DNA of 26,379 bases from an uncultured Myxococcota bacterium (GTDB lineage: Bacteria; Myxococcota; JAJVIH01; CAZXXB01), in assembly GCA_964644185.1 (NCBI GenBank), contig CAZXXB010000019.1:1-26379 (forward strand), read 5' to 3'. The notes under the pieces are model-generated. The model was not told where the DNA came from, searched no databases, and saw nothing but the letters and a program-made list of their open reading frames with translations. Both the position numbers and the translations under genes were made by a program. Positions 1 through 7,626 of the stretch are shown piece by piece; positions within the stretch are counted from its first letter, which is position 1; each line of letters opens with the position of its first letter.

Positions 1-219
1 GTGTGGACGCCGTCGCAGATACGGGCGGCGCATGAGGTTGCAGGGGCGATGGGGGTGACGCCGGGGCAGTTGTCGCTTGCGTGGTTGCTCGACCATGGGG
101 CGGTGTCGAGCGTGATCACGGGTGCGACGAGCGAGGCGCAGGTGACGGAGAACATTGGTGCGGTCGAGGTGACGATGGCGCCCGCGTTGCGTGCAGAGCT
201 TGATGAGCTGTTTGGGTAA
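1..219 (+). CDS. Aldo/keto reductase, C-terminal end (gene runs off the 5' edge of the window)
   Basis: TPGQLSLAWLL...VSSVITGATSEAQVTENIGA matches the AKR C-terminal NADPH-binding segment (QxALAWLL...IPGAxxxxQxxEN). Stop TAA at 217-219. Confidence 0.75.
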   Translation: MWTPSQIRAAHEVAGAMGVTPGQLSLAWLLDHGAVSSVITGATSEAQVTENIGAVEVTMAPALRAELDELFG

Positions 220-246
220 GAGAAGGGTACGTGAGAAGGGTACGTG
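220..246. repeat. Perfect 13-bp tandem duplication GAGAAGGGTACGT x2
   Basis: 220-232 and 233-245 are identical and start at the base after the AKR stop codon. Confidence 0.9.
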
Positions 247-293
247 GTGGGTGTCGCGGGCGATGCGGCAACCGTGAGATGTGACGAGGCGGC

Positions 294-1694
294 ATGTATT
301 TACCGATGATGACAGAGCGGCTTGTCCGCATTGCGCGCGGGGCATCGGTGAAAGACACGGGGCCGTTCAAGCTGTTTTTGCAGACGACCGACCGTTGCAA
401 CCTTCGGTGTCCATCGTGTGGGTATACGGATGACCCGCCGACGAACACGGAAAAAGAGTTGCCGGAGTCGCGGCTCGTGGAGATTGTGGAGGAGGCGGCG
501 GAGCTTGGGGTTGAGCACGTGTATCTGGGTGGTGGCGAGGTGTTCATGCGCAAGCGCGAGACGCTTGCCGTGATGGAGCGGGTGAAGGCGTGTGGGATGG
601 CGGGTGATTTGACGACGAATCTGACGCTGCTCGATGAGGGTGATTTGGGGCGCATCGCGGCGATGGGTTGGGATGTGATGTGCGTGAGTCTCGACGCACC
701 GAATGCGGCGCTGAATGATTATTTGCGTCCACCGGCGTCGTTTCGACGCATCGAGCGGGGGTTGAAGACGCTTGCGCGGTTGACGAACGGGTTTGCGAAG
801 CGTGGGCCGCACGTGAAGCTCGACCTTGTGCTGTCGCGGATTAATCTTCCGGCGTTGCCTGATTTCGTGAGGTACGCGGCAGAGCTTGGGGTGCGTGAGG
901 TGTGGGTGAACGCGATATTGCCGATTTCGCGGCAGTATGAGGCGTTGAAGCTGCGTGACCCCGACTATGCGCTGCTGCGTGATTTGCTTCCGCGAGCGGT
1001 TGAGTTGGCCGATGAGGCGGGGCTGATTCACAACCTCGATTCGTTTTATCGGGAAGATTTCGTGCGGAACGCTTCGGGCAATGTGGGGGCGTTGTTGCGG
1101 GCCGATGTGGATGTGCCGAAAGCGGGCGAGGTGGCGTGGCGCAAGAGTTTGTCGCGCAACGTGCTGGGGGCGGCGTGTTATGCGCCGCTGTCGCTGATGG
1201 TGGTGTATCCGGATGGGGTGGTGGCGCCGTGCTGGATGCATGACAACGGCAAGCGCGACAACGTGCGTGAGAAGAGTTTGCGGGCGATTTGGGAGGGTGA
1301 GGCGTTTGACGAGGTGCGGAAGTTTTTTGCGGGTGGGGGTGTGGCGTCGTATTGCGAGCGGTGTTGTTACGGGCAGATTTTTATCAATCGGGTTGATCGC
1401 GCGCGGGCGTATGCGGCGGGGGGTGATTATGCGGCGGCGGAGGTGACGATTGGGTCGGTGCTCGAGCTTGTTCCACGTGACCCTGAGCTGCTGGCGTTGC
1501 TGCTGGTGACGGTGACGGCGTTGCGTGGCGTAGAGGCGGCGCGTGAGGCGTATGTGGCGCACGAGCAGCGGCACGGCGTGCGGGTGTCGTTGTCGTGGGT
1601 GCGCGAGCAGATCATCGAGCGTGACATTGTTGGTCGGGCGCGCGACCTGCTTGAGTTGACGATACCCGACCCACACACGGCGCGCGCGGCGTAG
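294..1694 (+). CDS. Radical SAM protein with SPASM/twitch domain and a C-terminal TPR-like helical extension
   Basis: CNLRCPSC (CxxxCxxC), GGGE motif, VSLDA, then CYAPLSLMVVYPDGVVAPCW...CERCC (auxiliary Fe-S ligands), then ARAYAAGGDYAAAEVTIGSVLELVPRDPE (TPR-like). Confidence 0.88.
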   Translation: MYLPMMTERLVRIARGASVKDTGPFKLFLQTTDRCNLRCPSCGYTDDPPTNTEKELPESRLVEIVEEAAELGVEHVYLGGGEVFMRKRETLAVMERVKACGMAGDLTTNLTLLDEGDLGRIAAMGWDVMCVSLDAPNAALNDYLRPPASFRRIERGLKTLARLTNGFAKRGPHVKLDLVLSRINLPALPDFVRYAAELGVREVWVNAILPISRQYEALKLRDPDYALLRDLLPRAVELADEAGLIHNLDSFYREDFVRNASGNVGALLRADVDVPKAGEVAWRKSLSRNVLGAACYAPLSLMVVYPDGVVAPCWMHDNGKRDNVREKSLRAIWEGEAFDEVRKFFAGGGVASYCERCCYGQIFINRVDRARAYAAGGDYAAAEVTIGSVLELVPRDPELLALLLVTVTALRGVEAAREAYVAHEQRHGVRVSLSWVREQIIERDIVGRARDLLELTIPDPHTARAA

Positions 1695-1700
1695 GCGCGT

Positions 1701-1726
1701 GGGCTGGTGAGGGCGAGGGCGTCGGG
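1701..1726 (+). other. Putative G-quadruplex-forming motif (G3N7G3N3G3N4G3)
   Basis: GGG ctggtga GGG cga GGG cgtc GGG, 6 nt after the radical SAM stop codon. Sequence pattern only. Confidence 0.4.
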
Positions 1727-1851
1727 CACTTGCACGCGGGGCAAGTCACCGCTACAACGCAGCCCCAAATTTTTTTGAGCGGAAGTGCCGCGCCGTGCGG
1801 TGATTTCGCGACGGTTTTGCCTGTGGGCGCGCTGCCCGATTGAGGTTTACG

Positions 1852-2838
1852 ATGGCTGACGAGAACAAGAAGTCGAACCCTTTGCCCGTGTTCATTCTGG
1901 GTACGATGATCGCGGGCGCGTTCTTCGCGCTGCTGTTCTGGGCGAAGACGAACATCGACAGCCGCGACCAGGCGTTGGCGATTGCCGAGATGCAGACCGA
2001 CTTTGAGTTTCAGTCGGCGTTCGTGCGGACGACTCCGGACGACAGCAAGTATGGCGAAGAGGTGCGGCAGTTGCTGTCGCGGTACTTCCGCAAGCTTGAT
2101 GAGACGTACAAGGCGCAGGGCAAGACGGTTGACCTGAACTGGTGGGTGAACAAGTGGGATGCGGAGAAGGCGAGCGGCAAGATGGATGAGAAGAAGGCCG
2201 CGAAGGAAGACGATTTTAAGGCGGCGTACAACCTGTCGCGTGATCTTTTCGAGAAGATGCGCGACGGCGAGTATTATCCGGTCAAGACGTTTGGGGCGGG
2301 TGGTATTCGGCTCGACGTGTTGAAGATCGCGGTGGAAGAGTTTGAGGGGCAGAAGGTGATCGCGTGGGATTACGCGCTGTGGGGAGCGTATGGCAGCAGC
2401 GCGTGCGCGTTTCAGGCGGCGATGTACACGAAGGAGATGCTTGAGCGGCTTGCGAAAGACAAGGCGCTTGCCGAGGCGGCGGCGCAGAAGGGCGAAGAAG
2501 TGCAGAAGACGGCGGATATGAAGGTTGGCGAGAAGCGGACCGATACGCTGTCGATGTCGATGACGGGTACGTGCGACCCGGTGCTGGGCGTGGCGCAGCC
2601 GAGCGACTATGTGAAGGAGTTTCCGCCGCATGTGCAGATTGGCAAGCTGGTGCTGCCGATGTTGCCGAACGAGACCGAGCAGTTTGACCTGACGTTCACG
2701 TTCAAGCGCGCGGGTTTGACGGGGTCGTATAGCCTTCCGTGGGAGTTGAAGAACCTCGCGATTGACGCGTCGTGGAAGTTGCCGCCGGGGCAGTGGAAGG
2801 CGGAAGAGAAGAAGATCGAGACGGTCGAGTACGAGTGA
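1852..2838 (+). CDS. Hypothetical protein with a single N-terminal transmembrane anchor
   Basis: ATG at 1852 preceded by GAGG (1842-1845). Hydrophobic PVFILGTMIAGAFFALLFW followed by a long soluble domain. Codon usage fits a well-expressed native gene. Confidence 0.8.
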   Translation: MADENKKSNPLPVFILGTMIAGAFFALLFWAKTNIDSRDQALAIAEMQTDFEFQSAFVRTTPDDSKYGEEVRQLLSRYFRKLDETYKAQGKTVDLNWWVNKWDAEKASGKMDEKKAAKEDDFKAAYNLSRDLFEKMRDGEYYPVKTFGAGGIRLDVLKIAVEEFEGQKVIAWDYALWGAYGSSACAFQAAMYTKEMLERLAKDKALAEAAAQKGEEVQKTADMKVGEKRTDTLSMSMTGTCDPVLGVAQPSDYVKEFPPHVQIGKLVLPMLPNETEQFDLTFTFKRAGLTGSYSLPWELKNLAIDASWKLPPGQWKAEEKKIETVEYE

Positions 2839-2866
2839 GGCGCGCGTGAGGGTGAGGGTGGGGTGG

Positions 2867-2896
2867 CCCGCGCGCGCGAATTCGACGGCGCGCGGG
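2867..2896. other. GC-rich stem-loop (9-bp stem, 12-nt loop) downstream of the hypothetical gene
   Basis: CCCGCGCGC (2867-2875) is the reverse complement of GCGCGCGGG (2888-2896). No U-tract follows. Confidence 0.4.
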
Positions 2897-3047
2897 TGTC
2901 GTAATGTTGTCACATGAGCGGGCTTATGCGACGCTGAAGTCACGATCTTCGAGCGCGTGGGGACGCGTGCGCAGATGAGTGGACGGTAACGATTGTGGCG
3001 CGACCGTGTCGGGGTGGTCGCGCTGCGTGTGCGTGTGCGCAAACAGC

Positions 3048-3779
3048 ATGAGAACCGGGGTTATCTCCGACATTCACGGCAACGTCGATGCGCTTGAGGC
3101 GGTCTTGCGCGAGATGAGCCGTCACCGACTGGATCGCATCGTATGTCTTGGCGATGTGGTGGGGTATGGGGGCGCGCCCGACGAGAGCTGTCGGCTGGTG
3201 CGGCAGCATTGCATGGTATGCCTTCTGGGCAACCACGATGCGGCGGTGACGGGGCGGATGGACTACACGTTTTACTACGAGGCGGCGCGGCAGTCGCTCG
3301 ACTGGACGCGGTCGGTGCTGACCGACGATAACCTCGTGTGGCTTGCGAATCTGCCCTACGAGGTGCGGCTCGACACGATTCATCTGGTGCATTCGAGCCC
3401 CGTTGACCCACCCGCTTTTGAGTATGTGTACCTGCCAGAGCACGCGACGAAGCTGATACCTCATGCGCGGGCGTTTTCAGACGTGACGTTCATCGGGCAC
3501 TCGCACCTGTGTCGGGTGTTTGCGTACACGGGGGGTGTGATGGAGGAGATTGAGAAGGCGCAGTTTCGGTTGCGTCAGGCCGACAAATACGTGGTGGCGG
3601 TGGGCAGCGTGGGGCAGCCGCGCGATTATGATCCGCGGGCGGGGTTTGTGATTTTTGATGAGGGGCTGCGCGAGATTTCGTTTTATCGGGTGGAGTATCC
3701 GGTCGAGCGGGCGGCGCAGCGGATTGTGGATGCGGGGTTGCCGCCGAACTTTGCGCGGCGGCTGCATTTTGGTGTGTGA
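3048..3779 (+). CDS. Calcineurin-like metallophosphoesterase (YfcE/MJ0936-like)
   Basis: ISDIHGN, LGDVVGYG, GNHD, GHSH and GSVGQPRD motifs. Start moved to ATG 3048 (MRTGVISDIHGN) because the upstream 23 codons look non-coding. Confidence 0.9.
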   Translation: MRTGVISDIHGNVDALEAVLREMSRHRLDRIVCLGDVVGYGGAPDESCRLVRQHCMVCLLGNHDAAVTGRMDYTFYYEAARQSLDWTRSVLTDDNLVWLANLPYEVRLDTIHLVHSSPVDPPAFEYVYLPEHATKLIPHARAFSDVTFIGHSHLCRVFAYTGGVMEEIEKAQFRLRQADKYVVAVGSVGQPRDYDPRAGFVIFDEGLREISFYRVEYPVERAAQRIVDAGLPPNFARRLHFGV

Positions 3780-3863
3780 GAGCAGGTGTGTGAGCGGGCG
3801 TGTACGCGGCTCGGGGTGGGCACGTTTCGATTCGAAGCCCTCGAACTTCTGAATGGGAAGAAA

Positions 3864-4439
3864 CTACTTTGCGGGCAGGCCCTCGGCGTATTCGCTGATG
3901 GCCTGACGTTGCTCGCGGGTGAAGCGGAAGTTGGCGTTGCAGAGTCTGCCGCCGATGCGTTTGGCGGCGGCGAGCTTGCGGAACTCGGAGGCTTCCATGC
4001 GGGCGGTGATGGTCTGGATGAAGCCGACGCCGCGGGGTTCGTCGCGGTAGGTGGTGTCGAGCACGGAGACGGGCTTTTCGTCGGCGACGAAGGCGACGCC
4101 GTGGCAGTCGCGGTAGATGGGTTTGATGGCGTCGGTGGTGAAGACGAAGCGGACGAGGTGGTGCTCTCCGCCGAAGCTGACGACTTTGGTTTCGAGCCAG
4201 TGTTTGATGCCTGCGGCGCGGTCGGCGTACTGGTCGGTGGTGATGACCATGTTGGTGATGGCGTAGGTCTCGATGCCGGTGCCGTAGTCGGTGCCGCGCC
4301 CGATGTAGGGTGCGGTCGAGCAGGCGGCGAGCAGGGCGGAGAAGAGGCCGGTGAAGAGGGTTGCGCAGGCAGGGGCGCGCGCGCTGCGACGCGAGGTTTT
4401 GGTTGCTGTGCCGATCATGTGGTGTTCAAACCACGGCAT
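3864..4439 (-). CDS. Hypothetical lipoprotein (start at 4439 or 4418)
   Basis: Basic N-region (KTSRRSAR), hydrophobic LFTGLFSALLAA and lipobox LAA-C, followed by a globular-looking domain. Lies 37 bp downstream of the co-oriented VWA gene. Confidence 0.7.
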   Translation of the reverse strand: MPWFEHHMIGTATKTSRRSARAPACATLFTGLFSALLAACSTAPYIGRGTDYGTGIETYAITNMVITTDQYADRAAGIKHWLETKVVSFGGEHHLVRFVFTTDAIKPIYRDCHGVAFVADEKPVSVLDTTYRDEPRGVGFIQTITARMEASEFRKLAAAKRIGGRLCNANFRFTREQRQAISEYAEGLPAK

Positions 4440-4476
4440 TGGCGTGCGGGCAAGAAAGCGGAAGTGAGAGAGAGGG

Positions 4477-6693
4477 TTATTCGGTGACGGGGCTGGGGGT
4501 TGATTGTCCGGCGTCGTTGGCGCCCCAGCAGATGATGTTTTTGCCTTTGTCGAGGGCGCAGGCGTGGGCGCCACCCGAGGTGACGGCGATGGCTTCTACG
4601 CGGGGTGGGGTGGCCTGTTCGGCGGCGTTTGAGCCCCAGCAGGCGACACGGCCACCCAGCTCGCGAATGGCGCAGCCGAAGTCTCCACCCGCGCTGACGG
4701 CGGTGAAGTCGCCGGTGGGGGCGGTGGATTGGTCGAGCTGGTTTGCGCCCCAGCAGAGCACGGCGCCGTCGGTTGTGAGTCCGCAGGTGTGGGTGTTGCC
4801 GGCGGCGAGTTCGACGAAGGTTGCCGACGGGATGGTGGCTTCGGCGGCGGTGCCTTTGCCGAAGCAGACGGCGCGACCATCTTCGTCGAGGGCGCATGCG
4901 TGTCCGAAGCCGGTGACGATGTCGGTGAACTTGCCGCGAGGTGGTGTGAGAGCGCCGAGCACGGCCCCCCAGCAGACGATGGCGCCGTCGCCAGAGCGGA
5001 TGGCGCAGGTGTCGCTGAAGCCGGCGCTGACGCGTGTGTAGATGCCGACGGGTGGGGTCGACTGGCCTTTGTCGTTGGCACCCCAGCAGGTGATGGCGGC
5101 GCCGCCGGCGTCGGCTTTTTGCAGGGCGCAGGTGTGTTGGGCACCGGCGCTGAGCTGGGTGAAGAGGGTGGCGGGTGGGTCGGCCTGTTCGCTGCGGTTG
5201 TCGCCCCAGCATGAGGCCGAGCCGTCGGTGAGTAGCGCGCAGGTGTGCTGGCCGCCGGCGGTGATGGCGTCGATTTCGCTGCATGTGCCGGTATTGCCGC
5301 AGAGTTCTCCGGTTGAGCAGAAGCCGCAGGCGTCGCCGAAGACGCTGTCGGGGCCGCAGTTGCGCTCGCCGCAGGGGTTCGCGAGCAGCTCGGGGTCGCA
5401 GCCTGCGATTTCGCCGGTGAGTTCACTGGCGTCGTAGGCGAGGCGTTTTGAGGTGATGATACCTTTGTAGTTGACGCGGATGGTGACGGTGGCGTCGCCG
5501 CGTGCGACGGGGGTGCAGATGCCGGCGACGTAGTTGCTGGCGGCGACCTGCTCGACGGCTGTCGCGACATTGGTGAAGGCACCTGCGAGGTCATCGACGT
5601 CGTCGACGTAGACGAAGGTGCGGGGTGACGAGGCGAGCTCACGCAGGCGGCTCTCGTCGTAACGTCCGCGGATGCCGACGCTGAAGATCGAGGCTTCGGA
5701 TTGCTGTTTTTTGGCGAGGGCTTCGCTGCGCAGTTCGACGTCGTCACCGGCTTCGTGGACGCCGTCGGTGATGATCATCATGAATTGTTCGATGACGTCT
5801 GTTGCGTCGTCTTGCTGGATGGTTTTGAAGTGGTCGAGGGCGGCGATGTAGGCGCCGTAGAGGTCGGTCGTGCCACGTCCACCGGTTTGGAGGAGTCTAC
5901 CGAGGGCGGCGTTGAGGTCGTCGGTGTTGGAGGTGAAATCTTGCACGAGTTCGAGTGCGTCGGGGCGACCGAAGGCGAAGATCGCCATTTTGTGTTTTTT
6001 GCCGATGGGGGGGAGGGTGACGAGTTGTTCGACGAATTTTGCGGCGCCCTGCACGACCTTTTCGGCGTTGTCGGAGTCGAAGATGGAGTCGGACATGTCG
6101 AGGGTGAGGATGGTGTAGAGTTCGTAGCGGTTGCGGGGGCCGACGCCCGAGCGTCCGCCGCCTTCGAGGCTGTCGTTGAAGTCTTCGTTTTTGACGTCGT
6201 TGATGACCGAGAAGGCTTCGGGGGGCAGGGTGGGCAGGGGTTCGCCCTCGCAGCCTAAGACGCGGAAGCGGACTTGCAGGTTGGCGGGTGGGGTCTGGCG
6301 CAGCGACTGGCGATCGATGGTGATGCAGGTGGGCAGGTCGTCGTCGTCGTTGCTGTCGTTGTCGTCGTCGTCGTCGTCGGTGGCGTCGTCGTTGTCGTCG
6401 TCGTCATCGTCGTCGGGGATGGCGGTGTCGTTGGCGGTGTCGCTTGCGGTGTCTTGTCCATCGACGTTGGGGATGTCGTTGGGGTCGTCGATGCTGCCGT
6501 CGCCGCAGGTGGCTGCGGTGAGGGTGAAGAAGGCGACGAGGGCGAGCGCGGCGCGTGTGGCGCGTGTGGCGGCGCCGGACGTCGCAGGGCTCGTGGGAGC
6601 AGAACCGGCGTGAGCAGAACCGGTTTGAGCAGGGCTGGATTGATTAGAATGTGAGAGACCGGCGAAACCGGTAAAGCGGATACCCATCATCAT
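4477..6693 (-). CDS. Exported, probably lipid-anchored protein: Asp-rich linker, VWA domain, Cys-rich spacer and seven RCC1-like repeats
   Basis: Signal ALALVAFFTLTAAT-C. MIDAS DMSDS plus TTDLYGA and IITDG. Spacer CGERNCGPDSVFGDACGFCSTGELC. Seven repeats of the type (I/L/V)xAGxxHxCAL...CWGxN. Start uncertain; ATG 6693 chosen. Confidence 0.85.
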   Translation of the reverse strand: MMMGIRFTGFAGLSHSNQSSPAQTGSAHAGSAPTSPATSGAATRATRAALALVAFFTLTAATCGDGSIDDPNDIPNVDGQDTASDTANDTAIPDDDDDDDNDDATDDDDDDNDSNDDDDLPTCITIDRQSLRQTPPANLQVRFRVLGCEGEPLPTLPPEAFSVINDVKNEDFNDSLEGGGRSGVGPRNRYELYTILTLDMSDSIFDSDNAEKVVQGAAKFVEQLVTLPPIGKKHKMAIFAFGRPDALELVQDFTSNTDDLNAALGRLLQTGGRGTTDLYGAYIAALDHFKTIQQDDATDVIEQFMMIITDGVHEAGDDVELRSEALAKKQQSEASIFSVGIRGRYDESRLRELASSPRTFVYVDDVDDLAGAFTNVATAVEQVAASNYVAGICTPVARGDATVTIRVNYKGIITSKRLAYDASELTGEIAGCDPELLANPCGERNCGPDSVFGDACGFCSTGELCGNTGTCSEIDAITAGGQHTCALLTDGSASCWGDNRSEQADPPATLFTQLSAGAQHTCALQKADAGGAAITCWGANDKGQSTPPVGIYTRVSAGFSDTCAIRSGDGAIVCWGAVLGALTPPRGKFTDIVTGFGHACALDEDGRAVCFGKGTAAEATIPSATFVELAAGNTHTCGLTTDGAVLCWGANQLDQSTAPTGDFTAVSAGGDFGCAIRELGGRVACWGSNAAEQATPPRVEAIAVTSGGAHACALDKGKNIICWGANDAGQSTPSPVTE
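6337..6414 (-). repeat. (GAC)n-type microsatellite encoding a 26-aa stretch with 20 Asp
   Basis: DDDDDDDNDDATDDDDDDNDSNDDDD; read on the + strand as gtc runs. Confidence 0.9.
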
Positions 6694-6848
6694 CTTGGCC
6701 CTCGCGGCGACATCATCCGGCACGAACATCAACGAAGCGGCACGTGGGCGCGGTTGGCGCGCCACGGCAGAGATAACACAAGTCACGGTAGAGTGTGTCA
6801 CACGGCGCACATGCGTCAAGTAACTGACGCGAATTAGTTTGCGGTGGG

Positions 6849-7523
6849 CTAGAGCAGCTTGTGGCGGGTGAGCAGGGCGGCGACCTCGGCGAGCGGAAGG
6901 CCGACGACGTTGAGGTATGAGCCCTCGACGGTGTCGATGAGCGCGCCTCCGGCCCCCTGGATTCCGTATCCGCCGGCTTTGTCGAAGGGTTCACCTGTGG
7001 TGATGTAGCGTTCGATTTCGTCGGCGGTGAGGTTGCGCATGCGCACGCGAGTGACGACGGTGAGGGTATCCCACGCGGGGGCGAGGTGGGCGTAGTGGGG
7101 GTCGCTGGTGTCGAGGCTGGCGAGGGGCGCGGCAGAGTGGGCGAGGGGGTGCAAGAGGGCGACGCCGGTCGTGACGGTGTGGGTGCGGGCAGAGAGCAGG
7201 GCGAGGGTGACGCGGGCGTGGTCGGGGTCGGCGGGTTTGCCGAGGACGTTGCCGTCGAGCGCGACGACGGTGTCGGCGCCGAGAATGAAGGCGTCGGGGT
7301 GGGCGGCGTGGATGGCGTGGGCTTTTTCAAAGGCGAGTCGGGTTGCGTAGGCGTCTACGCGCTCGCCGCGGTGCTGGGTCTCGTCGATGCCGGCGCTGTG
7401 GATGGTGAAGCGGGCGCCGAGAAAGGTGAGCAGATCGCGGCGGCGAGGCGAGCCTGAGGCGAGCACGAGGGGTTTCGTCGCGGTGTCGTGTGGGGTGGTG
7501 TCGCTTTTCTTTTGGTCGCTCAT
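6849..7523 (-). CDS. maf: Maf family nucleoside triphosphate pyrophosphatase (YhdE-like)
   Basis: LVLASGSPRR, GADTVV, GKP, KAGGYGIQG and NVVGLP motifs. The R/T/Q residues match the YhdE subgroup. Confidence 0.93.
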   Translation of the reverse strand: MSDQKKSDTTPHDTATKPLVLASGSPRRRDLLTFLGARFTIHSAGIDETQHRGERVDAYATRLAFEKAHAIHAAHPDAFILGADTVVALDGNVLGKPADPDHARVTLALLSARTHTVTTGVALLHPLAHSAAPLASLDTSDPHYAHLAPAWDTLTVVTRVRMRNLTADEIERYITTGEPFDKAGGYGIQGAGGALIDTVEGSYLNVVGLPLAEVAALLTRHKLL

Positions 7524-7626
7524 GGCCCAAGGTTAGCGCCGTTGCTCGTCGCGCACCACATGCGCGCGGGGTTGGTGTTTTTTGGGTCGCAGACGCACGC
7601 TTTTGCGTGCGGCATGAAGTGATGGA

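Noticed and set aside
220-1851. RiPP precursor peptide for the radical SAM/SPASM enzyme
   Set aside because: Neither flanking gap (220-293, 1695-1851) holds a credible short ORF with an RBS, and no RRE or transporter is nearby.
2867-2896. Intrinsic terminator
   Set aside because: The stem is good but there is no U-tract on either strand, so it is kept only as a stem-loop.
3786-4487. Plus-strand 233-aa ORF
   Set aside because: It is a Gly/Ala/Asp/Val-rich shadow. The minus-strand frame has a proper signal peptide and lipobox.
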